Below are positions 51,314 to 60,332 of a DNA stretch of 64,000 nt, one piece after another (within the stretch, counting starts at the first letter, position 1; each line of letters starts with the position of its first letter). The notes below the pieces were generated by a model. That model made no database searches. It was not told the DNA's origin and saw only the letters and a list, made by a program, of their open reading frames with translations. Source of the stretch: Paramoeba atlantica (lineage: Eukaryota > Protista > Discosea); contig CDRNVI010000012.1 in the NCBI GenBank assembly GCA_977017575.1, positions 558,001-622,000 of the forward strand, read 5' to 3'. The position numbers and the translations under genes are program-made.

Positions 51314-53595
51314 GAATACCACACCCAAACGGCCAGTATGAAATCTGCAAGAACATCGCGAGGAAACAAGAAACGTTTATTGAACCAGAAACCAATCAAT
51401 CTGCAAGTAACAAACAAGAGGAAGCCAGCAAGCACTTTCGAACGAATCTCGAAACATCGAAAGCTGGATGCACCATGTGTGAAATGCACGAAAGGCAGAC
51501 CGCTCTCTTCTATGAAATTGTATGGAGGTACTTTGAGCTTACAAACCAATTGGCATGCAAAGCAGGATTTGCTGAAGCACATGATAGGAATAAAAGAAAT
51601 TACACCTCAAATCAAATACGCCATGGATGCGATGTCCCAGACATGGACGAACGGCACATGGAACACAAGAAGCAGGCTATGGGAAAAATTGAGCACATTT
51701 TGCCGGTGGCGAAACATAGATGTCAATCCGATTCATGCTGTAGCGTTCTTAACACAGCTGCCGATAGCGTTCCAAACAAAGTTGACGTACGCCAGGAACT
51801 TACAAACATTGCTCAACCTCATGACAGCAAACACACTACCCCTAAAGCTATATTGCCGCGCACTACAAGCACAGGGAGCCGAAGAACCAATCCACCAAAT
51901 GAAGCCATTAACACCAGAGCTATTAAAACACACCAGAAGCCGCTTACCTCACCGAGAAAGTCTTGCGCTTCTGCTGTCGTGGAAAGCAGCGGCACGATGG
52001 TCCGAAACAGCGGCTCTGACAAGGGACAGATTTGTGGAGGTGAACAATCATCAAGTAGTCATACGGTGGGGGAGAATGACGAAAGCTTCACGATACAATC
52101 CTTACCGGCGGTCGATGTACACAGTTGTGACGGGACCCGGTACATCAGAGATAGCAAATTTTGTAAGGACCTTAAAGCGGCACCAACCCTTGACAGAAAC
52201 GACAGTAAGACAAATGGACCGTCTTTTAGTCCAAATACTGGGGCCAGGATACGGCACCCATTCAGTGAAACGCGGCGCAGTTACTCATCTGTTCAAAGAA
52301 GTGGCCAAGGGAGAAATACCGTTGGAAACGGTGCAAACGCTAGCCAATCATCAGGAAGTAAGCTCTCTACTCAGGTACAATGCGGATCCCATAACGACAG
52401 CGTTGGCCCTCGGAACACAACAAGCCACGCAGAAGCTGCCGACGCATTAGAGGAGGAGCAAGCATACCGCCAGTTTATGCGGGATATCCCGTATATCAAG
52501 ACCAAGTATACAATATTACGAACGAGAAGGTCTTCTAAAGTTGCAACTAAGGTTGACATGAAAATTCCTTTGCATGTAAAACATGGAATTCCACGTATGG
52601 ACGTGGATAAAGTATTTGACTTATTGAACAATGAGGCCAAAGAAAGGTATAATAAGTTGTGGAAGATGATATGCTCGACCGAGGGTTCTGTAAGCGTAGG
52701 CAGTCAAGGAATTCAGGACAAATCAGTTTCGACTATGTTTTTGTGCGACAGCGATGTGATGAGTTTGATAGAAACGGGCGTTGTGTCCAAGGTAACGCCG
52801 GAAGACCTTACATCACGACCGACCATTCAAATCATTTTACCATTTACTGTTATTGAAACCGATGAGCATGATACACTTGAACGTCGTCGATTTATTGCAT
52901 GGTGTAAGGAGGATAATGAACGATTAAAAGATTTGTACGTCCAGTATGTGCCGTTGCGACATGGATCATACTATCTACATCGGGCTAGTTACGAGTTTGG
53001 ACTAAAGAGAGATCTTGCGTGTGGCTACTATCAAATACGACTTCCCGAACATGCACGTGCCAAATTTAGGTTCTCAGATAAGGAAGGAGCGACATACGAA
53101 TTAAATGTATTGCCCATGGGCCACAGATGTGCCCCAGAACTAATGCACATGATCACAGCTGCTCTCGCAGGCGACCCCAATTACTGCAACAGAGAACAAA
53201 GCTTTACAACAAGTGCTTTGGATATATACATTGATGGATTTCGGTGTGCAGGGGATTACGATGCAGTCAAGAAGTTCGGAGATTTTGTCAATAAAAGGGC
53301 GGTTTTCATTGGGGCAAAATATAAGGATGCAGAAGAAGAACCTAAAAAACAATACGTCTTTAATGGCGTGCACTATGATCATCGTACTGCGAAAGTTTGT
53401 CTGGCGCCAAAAATTATTCATCGGTTATCAAAGGATATCTACTTTGGAATTTCGTATGGACAGTTGGAGTCATCTGTAGGAAGATTACTTCACGCATCAA
53501 TGGTTTTGGGGAAATCGATTCCGGAGCATCATTTTGCTTTGAAGTTAGTAAGAAGGCGCATTAACGCTTTAAACCGTGATCCAAAACTTTTGTAC
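51232..53595 (+). CDS. pol: pol of element 1, RT part; -1 frame overlapping the gag end and all of YR
   Basis: RDLACGYYQI, LPMGH..PELM, YIDG. The rest of track ORF 51232-54672 is element 2 gag fused in frame by the insertion. Confidence 0.8.
51338..52450 (+). CDS. Tyrosine recombinase, 370 aa
   Basis: WKAAARWSE (R), MTK (K), THSVKRGA (HxxR), LANH...LLRY (H, Y). Confidence 0.9.
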   Translation: MKSARTSRGNKKRLLNQKPINLQVTNKRKPASTFERISKHRKLDAPCVKCTKGRPLSSMKLYGGTLSLQTNWHAKQDLLKHMIGIKEITPQIKYAMDAMSQTWTNGTWNTRSRLWEKLSTFCRWRNIDVNPIHAVAFLTQLPIAFQTKLTYARNLQTLLNLMTANTLPLKLYCRALQAQGAEEPIHQMKPLTPELLKHTRSRLPHRESLALLLSWKAAARWSETAALTRDRFVEVNNHQVVIRWGRMTKASRYNPYRRSMYTVVTGPGTSEIANFVRTLKRHQPLTETTVRQMDRLLVQILGPGYGTHSVKRGAVTHLFKEVAKGEIPLETVQTLANHQEVSSLLRYNADPITTALALGTQQATQKLPTH

Positions 53596-53631
53596 CCTTC
53601 TTACTTTCTTTTACCCTTTTCAAATTGCGTT

Positions 53632-54672
53632 ATGACCAGCATTCTTAATACTGTTCGTCGCACGCTGTCGATGGGGAGGCCACAGAGTCCTATACGAGAA
53701 GATCCGGCATCTCCCAACCCTGTCGATCCGAGTCTGCAATACGGGGGACAACGTACGACGCTGAACCCGGAGCAAGTGGCGGCTTTGCTTAGGGGGGGAA
53801 CAGGCTCTGCAGCGATGTCTGACGAGGATAAGGCGGAATTCGCGCAAAAAGTCCGGACTTTGATCCTTAAGGGTTACGATGTGTCTGTAGAAGCCGTGTG
53901 GGGTCACCATGGGGATGCAGTGCGCGAAACTGTGATTGGCAACGTTCGTCTGAAATCCGACGATTCAGGAGGCATTGAAGCCGTTTGGAACGATGATCCC
54001 GGCATGGCATACGACTTTCCTTTTCCAGACATCGAATATTATTCGTTGGAAATTACCCGGGTGCGAGCAAAGATGCCTGGAGGGCGCAAAGCGGACGAAG
54101 AACCTAAGACTCCTAATGCGCCTATCACCGATCCGGCTCGTTTCACCGCAAACGATCCTCTAACATGGGGCCCGTGGCTAGAATCCGAGGATGAGTTACG
54201 CGTACGAGACCTTATTCGTGATTTACGCGTCCATCCTGAATTTGGTTTGTTACTGAACGCTCCTCCTATCCGTGAACGTCTATTTAAAATAGTCCAAGAG
54301 TGGATCCAAGCGGCACGAGTTTTTCCCCTATGGCGAGAGGAACATTTTCTCGAAATCGTACGCACAGCCATCGAAGAACTGCGAAACCACTATTGGGCCT
54401 CATCCGGAATTCAAGTCGAACGTGTACAATTAAAACTCCACAAGGATGATGACACTAAGGATGCGTACTCGAAGGCAGTTGCGGAGGAAAAGCTGCGCCA
54501 CATGAGTGTTTCAAAAATCGCCACTAATCGCCCGGCCTTTCTTTGCTATCGATGCCACAAGCCAGGTCACTTTCGCGCCAACTGCCCATTAAATCAATCT
54601 TCTACGCGTTCGACCCCGGGTTTTCGGGGCGGGGTGACGAGCGGCACAACAGGTGCAAAGAGGAGCCAATAG
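53632..54672 (+). CDS. gag: gag-like protein with CCHC knuckle (element 2)
   Basis: MTSILNTVRR...CYRCHKPGHFRANCP; near-identical copy at 62123. Start approximate. Confidence 0.8.
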   Translation: MTSILNTVRRTLSMGRPQSPIREDPASPNPVDPSLQYGGQRTTLNPEQVAALLRGGTGSAAMSDEDKAEFAQKVRTLILKGYDVSVEAVWGHHGDAVRETVIGNVRLKSDDSGGIEAVWNDDPGMAYDFPFPDIEYYSLEITRVRAKMPGGRKADEEPKTPNAPITDPARFTANDPLTWGPWLESEDELRVRDLIRDLRVHPEFGLLLNAPPIRERLFKIVQEWIQAARVFPLWREEHFLEIVRTAIEELRNHYWASSGIQVERVQLKLHKDDDTKDAYSKAVAEEKLRHMSVSKIATNRPAFLCYRCHKPGHFRANCPLNQSSTRSTPGFRGGVTSGTTGAKRSQ

Positions 54673-57449
54673 GCCAGGTTCCCCACCCCTTATATCGCTC
54701 GTGCCTGTCCGCTGAAGAAGCGGCGGGTGATTTATCCAGGTATATTCTGCAATTCATCACTGCACTCTGCAGGGAAGGTGCGTGCCTTCACGGCATGTCA
54801 CGGAACGGTACTGCATTCGCCACGGAATCCGGTGGCGGAATTAACGACAAAGTCAAATATCCCTCAAGCCAAACGCCAACGCCTGCAACCGCAAGCCAAA
54901 GAACCTCAAGAAATGCGTCCCGCGGGAGACAACACCAGGGAAACAAAATTGCGCTCAGTCCAGCAAAAACTAACATATACAATTCTAAATCTACCGCCTC
55001 TGAGTCCTATCGCACGTCAGATTCAAAGCGCAATCAATCCAATGTGGACAAATGCTACATGGCTAACGAGGGCGCGACTTTGGGAAAGACTGGGAAAGTT
55101 TTGTCTACAAAGCGGTTTTCCGCGAGATCCAGTACACGCCGTCCTTTTCTTAAATCAACTCGATCTCGCACCAGCAACACTGTTAAGCTACACCCGAAAT
55201 CTCCAGACGGTGTTTCAACTAAGCCAAAAGGATCCAATCCCACTCAAAATGTTCGCGAAAGCCCTACAAGCAAGGGGGGCTCTCGAGCCTACTCGTCAGA
55301 TGGAACCGATTACTCCATGGCAGCTGCGCCGGCTCAGGGAAAAATTGTCGTTAAGCGAAGGGATAGCCGCCTTGATTTGTTGGAAGGCTGCGGCCAGATG
55401 GACAGAGGTGGCCGAACTGACTCTGGAACGATTTGTGCGACATCAACCAAACGAAGTAATAATTTATTGGGGGAGGAATACAAAATCGACGCGTCTCAAC
55501 CCGTACCGGCTATCGATGTGCACAGCGATCCAAGGGGAAGGAACTCAGGAGATCGCAAATTACGTCCAATTCATGGGGGAAGGCCAACGCATAGCGAGTA
55601 CAACAGTTCGGGAGATGGACCGAAAGATGCAGAGGATTCTAGGTCCGGGATTTGGAACACATTCCCTGAAGCGCGGCGCGATAACTCACCTTTTCAGCGA
55701 GGTGGCGCACGGACACGTCGCTCTCTCCGACGTTCAAAACATAGCAAAGCATCAATGCATAAACTCCCTCTTGCGATACAACGGCAACCTTATTACGACG
55801 GCGAAAGCCCTCGGTACTCAGCGAGCTTCGGTTCTCCTCCCAATACAATGACTCAAAAGGATGTAAATCTTTGTTTTGATCAAATACCGCACGTTCGACG
55901 ATACAGCATTATTTGCGCGCGCCGTACATCCCGTCTTGCACGTACCGAAGATATGGACCTTCCCCTACACGTTAAAGTTGGAATACCCGTTATGGATGTA
56001 CAAAAAGTAAAGAATTGGATGAGCCCTGAAGCGCGCCGCCGGCTTGAAACGGTAATAGGTGAATTATTTAATACACGACTAGGAGCCCAACCAGAGCCTT
56101 CAACAAAAGGTAATCTTGTAAATGCCGACATCACGGGTTTACTTGAAGCCGGAGTGATAGAAAGAGTGGAGGAGGACGACATACGCCGGTATCCAACGCT
56201 GCAATACGTAATTCCATTCACGGTAGTCGAATCCGACGAGGAAGGCAACGATAGGCGCCGTTTCATATCATGGACCAAGGATGATAACTTGCGATTAAAA
56301 GACTACAAGTCAGACGTGCCTTTGTTGCATCCTTCTCGTTATCTCCATGAGGCTGCCGAAGAAGCGGGGGTGAAGCGCGATCTCCGATGTGGATTTTATC
56401 AAGTTCCAATTCCGCGCCAGGCTCGTGCCAAATTTCGCTTTCGAGATCTAAATGGCGTCTTACACCAGATGAAGGTTATGCCAATGGGGCACCGATGCGC
56501 CCCTGAAATTATGCACAAGATTACAGCTACACTAGCAGGCGATCTGGCGGTATGCAAACCCGAACTAGTTTCATGCATTGGATCTGTGGACGTCTATATA
56601 GACGGGATTCGTTTCGCAGGATCTCGAGAACAAGCTGATAAATTTGTGAAATTCGTGGATTCACGGTGTAAGGAAGTGGGAGGTTTGTTCAAGGAGGCTG
56701 GTTTTGACCCCTCCACTGAATATGTTTTTAACGGCGTCTTCTACAATCACGTAACCCATAAGGTCAACCTGGGGCCTAGGGTTATACGGAAAATGTCACG
56801 AGATCGGTTTCGTAATATTACGTACTCTCAATTGGAGACGGCGGTGGGGCGCCTCCTCTATGCAGCAGCGGTCTTGGGTCATATTATTCCAGACTATCAT
56901 TTCCCCTTAAAGATTGTTAGACGACGTATCAATGAGTTAAACCGATGCCCCGAACTCGCACATCAACCGGTTCCTCTTCCGACAGCCACCCGATCGATTC
57001 TCGCGAATTGGCGTGATATCATTTTGGTCAATGAGCCTATATCACCACCTCCGCATCCTGACGTTGTCCCGCATAAACACCGACTGTACACGGATGCGTC
57101 AGCTAAAGGATGGGGCGCGGTTCTTTACCGGGACGACGGACAAGTGATTATTGTTGGCGATAAATGGCAACCTGAGTTCAAATACGAAGTGAATCACGCT
57201 GAGGCGATGGCCGTTCGACTTGCGTTTGAAAAACTGACACACCACTTTCAAAAAGGAACCTGTGTTGATTTGTTTATTGACAACACCTCTTGCCAAGCAG
57301 CATTCAACCGCAAGATCGCGAAATCCGACAGTATTGCCGGAGAGCTCAAGCGTGTGTTGAAGACAAATCAGAACCTTGGCGTATGTATCATGGCACGTTA
57401 TGTGAGATCTGCCGAAAACCCAGCGGACCCTATCAGCCGCACCGGATAA
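54543..57449 (+). CDS. pol: pol (RT + RNase H) of element 2, -1 frame
   Basis: RDLRCGFYQV, MPMGH, YIDG. RNase H motifs LYTDAS, NHAEAMAV, FIDN, NPAD. Confidence 0.88.
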   Translation: MLSMPQARSLSRQLPIKSIFYAFDPGFSGRGDERHNRCKEEPIGQVPHPLYRSCLSAEEAAGDLSRYILQFITALCREGACLHGMSRNGTAFATESGGGINDKVKYPSSQTPTPATASQRTSRNASRGRQHQGNKIALSPAKTNIYNSKSTASESYRTSDSKRNQSNVDKCYMANEGATLGKTGKVLSTKRFSARSSTRRPFLKSTRSRTSNTVKLHPKSPDGVSTKPKGSNPTQNVRESPTSKGGSRAYSSDGTDYSMAAAPAQGKIVVKRRDSRLDLLEGCGQMDRGGRTDSGTICATSTKRSNNLLGEEYKIDASQPVPAIDVHSDPRGRNSGDRKLRPIHGGRPTHSEYNSSGDGPKDAEDSRSGIWNTFPEARRDNSPFQRGGARTRRSLRRSKHSKASMHKLPLAIQRQPYYDGESPRYSASFGSPPNTMTQKDVNLCFDQIPHVRRYSIICARRTSRLARTEDMDLPLHVKVGIPVMDVQKVKNWMSPEARRRLETVIGELFNTRLGAQPEPSTKGNLVNADITGLLEAGVIERVEEDDIRRYPTLQYVIPFTVVESDEEGNDRRRFISWTKDDNLRLKDYKSDVPLLHPSRYLHEAAEEAGVKRDLRCGFYQVPIPRQARAKFRFRDLNGVLHQMKVMPMGHRCAPEIMHKITATLAGDLAVCKPELVSCIGSVDVYIDGIRFAGSREQADKFVKFVDSRCKEVGGLFKEAGFDPSTEYVFNGVFYNHVTHKVNLGPRVIRKMSRDRFRNITYSQLETAVGRLLYAAAVLGHIIPDYHFPLKIVRRRINELNRCPELAHQPVPLPTATRSILANWRDIILVNEPISPPPHPDVVPHKHRLYTDASAKGWGAVLYRDDGQVIIVGDKWQPEFKYEVNHAEAMAVRLAFEKLTHHFQKGTCVDLFIDNTSCQAAFNRKIAKSDSIAGELKRVLKTNQNLGVCIMARYVRSAENPADPISRTG
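54727..55851 (+). CDS. Tyrosine recombinase, 374 aa (element 2)
   Basis: WKAAARWTE, NTK, THSLKRGA, IAKH...LLRY. Confidence 0.9.
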   Translation: MIYPGIFCNSSLHSAGKVRAFTACHGTVLHSPRNPVAELTTKSNIPQAKRQRLQPQAKEPQEMRPAGDNTRETKLRSVQQKLTYTILNLPPLSPIARQIQSAINPMWTNATWLTRARLWERLGKFCLQSGFPRDPVHAVLFLNQLDLAPATLLSYTRNLQTVFQLSQKDPIPLKMFAKALQARGALEPTRQMEPITPWQLRRLREKLSLSEGIAALICWKAAARWTEVAELTLERFVRHQPNEVIIYWGRNTKSTRLNPYRLSMCTAIQGEGTQEIANYVQFMGEGQRIASTTVREMDRKMQRILGPGFGTHSLKRGAITHLFSEVAHGHVALSDVQNIAKHQCINSLLRYNGNLITTAKALGTQRASVLLPIQ

Positions 57450-57680
57450 GCATGTATACATACATGTATGGAAACTCGCATAGGTATGAATGTACCATTA
57501 ATTAGTAAGACTCATTATATAGAATCAAAAAAAAAATTAGCTATATAGAAAATATATACTATTCAATTTTATTACGCGGTAGGAATTCTTGAAAAACGTT
57601 ACGAGTTTTTAGTAATTGGCCGCCACCATTTGCTACAAACACGTGCGCGCGGGAGTTTGGATTACGGGCGAACGGGTTGG

Positions 57681-57927
57681 TTCGCGGAGTTGGTGGACGG
57701 GATGCCCGTTCGTAAGTTTGAGGAGTTGTTGACTGGGTTTCTGTGATTGTTTTTATTATATTGGCCAGGTACCTTGATAATTCGTCAGATAGATATAGTT
57801 TATTGGAAACTAAAAATAGTCGGGATGATTGGACTGAAACTTTCATTGAAGCGATATATTACTAGGAAAATTGGTTTTAACATGGTTTACTTTCATTATG
57901 ATGCAGGGGAGAGAAGACGTTGATTTC
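57681..57927 (+). repeat. Split direct repeat B1, 247 bp
   Basis: Near-identical to 58167-58413 and 63178-63424. Confidence 0.92.
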
Positions 57928-58143
57928 TAGAAGTATACGTTTAGAAATTTAGGATGATTGACATAATGGCCCTTCGGGGCACATAATATTTATATTATGA
58001 ATTGTTTTTACAGATTGTGGCCCCGAAAGGGGCACCCGTTGTTAGATGTAATGAGATTTATAATTTAGTAGTACTCGGGATGAAGTAATATATATTGTTT
58101 TTGTGTATAGCGACACTCCTTCTTTTACCCTTTTCAAATTGCG
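57928..58143 (+). repeat. Split direct repeat A2, 216 bp
   Basis: Near-identical to 61905-62120, which lies directly upstream of gag. Confidence 0.92.
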
Positions 58144-58166
58144 CCCACCCACCAACCCCCAACCAT

Positions 58167-58413
58167 TTCGCGGAGTTGGTGGACGGGATGCCCGTTCGTA
58201 AGTTTGAGGAGTTGTTGACTGGGTTTCTGTGATTGTTTTTATTATATTGGCCAGGTACCTTGATAATTCGTCAGATAGATATAGTTTATTGGAAACTAAA
58301 AATAGTCGGGATGATTGGACTGAAACTTTCATTGAAGCGATATTTTACTAGGAAAATTGGTTTTAACATGGTTTACTTTCATTATGATGCAGGGGAGAGA
58401 AGACGTTGATTTC
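58167..58413 (+). repeat. Split direct repeat B2, 247 bp
   Basis: Copy of B1. Confidence 0.92.
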
Positions 58414-58419
58414 TTGTAC

Positions 58420-58905
58420 GAACTGAGCCCTCTGCCGTATGCCGCTCGGATGGATCTTCAGGAGTGGACCCAAAGTATGGTCAACAACACGCCCATTTAC
58501 CCTCCCCCACGCCCCGATACGGTCCCGCACTGCCATACACTTTTTACAGATGCTTCGTCGCACGGGTGGGGAGCGGTGTTGTATTTGGATCATGGACAGG
58601 TTGTGATCGCAGGTGAAAAGTGGCCAGATGACTTTGATTACGAAGTTAATAAAGCAGAAGTAAGAGCTGTTTCGAAAGCTTTTCAAAAATTCGATCAGTA
58701 CTTTCGGGGAGGTACTTGTGTTAAACTATTCGTGGATAACACATCATGCGTGTCTGCAATAAATCGAAAAATTACTTCGTCAGACGGCATAGCAGAAGAG
58801 CTGCGAAAGATATTGGACTTCTTAAACAGGAAAGACATGGCAGTTGACTGCTCGTATGTGCACACATTGAAGAATCCGGCCGATGCACTGAGCCGAGGGC
58901 TATGA
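58420..58905 (+). CDS. pol: RNase H part of element 1 pol
   Basis: LFTDASSHGWGAV, NKAEVRAV, FVDN, NPADALSRG. Same frame as 51232-53595; the join restores RDPKLLYELSPLP. Confidence 0.85.
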   Translation, partial: ELSPLPYAARMDLQEWTQSMVNNTPIYPPPRPDTVPHCHTLFTDASSHGWGAVLYLDHGQVVIAGEKWPDDFDYEVNKAEVRAVSKAFQKFDQYFRGGTCVKLFVDNTSCVSAINRKITSSDGIAEELRKILDFLNRKDMAVDCSYVHTLKNPADALSRGL

Positions 58906-59295
58906 TACAGAAGTAGTTGTCGAATTTTTTTTTCAATTAGTATTTTCAAAGCGTGAGGTTCACATCATTAGGATATAAATTTACAATACGTTTTTTTTTC
59001 ATAATTAAAGAATTCTATTTTTCTAAACGTACAAAAAGGAAGGGACAACCCTTTGTTCGTTTACAACAGAGATCATAATGTTTTTTTTATTATTATTAGC
59101 AAAATCGACATCGAACTGGCGTGCGGGATAAAAATTGTATAAGACTTGCGATCGGGTGGTCGCCGCCGAGGCTACCCGTTCGCTAGAGAATATGCAGTTC
59201 GATGGAAATATTGTTAATGGGGTACCCCTTTTTGATTTTAGCATAAGACGCATGTTTTTGCAGAAAAGTGATGATATACTCAGAAGAGATCAATA

Positions 59296-59919
59296 ATGCT
59301 CACCTCCGAGAACGCGATCACACACGTCACTGGGTGCGTCAAGTGCACGGGAAACAACGCCTCATCTAAACATCACGCAATGGTGAAACGTCTGCACGAG
59401 TTATGTGCGAAGGCAGGAATACCGTGCGAATTGGAACCGAGACACCTATCTTCTTACAAATGCGCAGCCTGCGGAGACACTATAGAAGGAGATCGAAAAG
59501 TGGAACACCAACGAACATGCGGCACGGCATCTTTCCATCGCTCCGGTCCTGACTTGGCTATACACTGGGCATCGGGCGTCATGTATTACGATTTCACCAT
59601 TGTGCACGAACTTTCGCAATCAAACCTAAGTCGAACCGGAACCCAACTTATGAAGGACGCCATTTCTCGAAAGGTCAAAACTTACGTAGCATCCGGGTTA
59701 CTGAATTCCAGCCAGTTCCAGTGTGTGCCGATACTATCCGGAGGGGCCATGCACACAAAAACAAAGCAACTAATACATGCTCTCGCCGATGCGTGCGGAT
59801 ATGAACGGAACAGCACGGTACAGGACTTCACACTACGTCTCCAGGAATTGAACGGAGCCGTGGCCCTTTCCCAGCTGAAAAAATATTTGGTTTCACCCCT
59901 AGATGAAGATTCCTTCTAG
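59296..59919 (+). pseudogene. CRE-like CCHC/RLE C-terminus
   Basis: HVTGCVKC, SGPDL, YDFTIVH. Confidence 0.85.
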
Positions 59920-60332
59920 TGCTGCGTATGAAATTGTATTTGCTGATTTACTTCTATGTTTGGAGACTACAACAACAACTACATGGCTGTTTTAGAAACA
60001 AAAAAAAACACGGAGTTTAACGAATTGTTTGCGAAGAAAAGGAGATCTCTTCGACATCAGATACACTGCACGAAACGCTTGCAAGTTCAGAAGCAAACTC
60101 CTTTCCAGACCCCAATTCGTGCAACAAGGCCATTGTTCAACGTTGGGCAGGGTCAATTGATCCGGCTTTTAGCTTTCCAGTTGCGACGGATATGCTATGG
60201 GAAAGATCGAAAAACGCGAGGCCAAAAGAAGAATGCCTACTGGCGTAGAGCTTTGATAACCAAGCGCTTCTAAATATATCTCACGGAACTGTAAAATCAA
60301 TAAAAAAACGTGCTGGAGTTGGAAAGCTATCG

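Larger units (their letters stand above)
53596..58413 (+). mobile_element. VIPER-like YR retrotransposon 2, with split direct repeats and a truncated left repeat
   Basis: gag, YR, pol, then B1-A2-B2 repeats; flanked by TTGTAC on both sides. Confidence 0.85.
50100..59290 (+). mobile_element. VIPER-like YR retrotransposon 1 (gag-YR-RT/RH), containing element 2; outer boundaries approximate
   Basis: The order gag, YR, RT-RH is characteristic of kinetoplastid VIPER/TATE elements. Its pol is split at 53595/58420. Confidence 0.8.

Noticed and set aside
51232-54672. 1146-aa ORF as a natural RT-gag fusion
   Set aside because: It is element 1 pol joined in frame to element 2 gag by the nested insertion; the missing RNase H is at 58420-58905.
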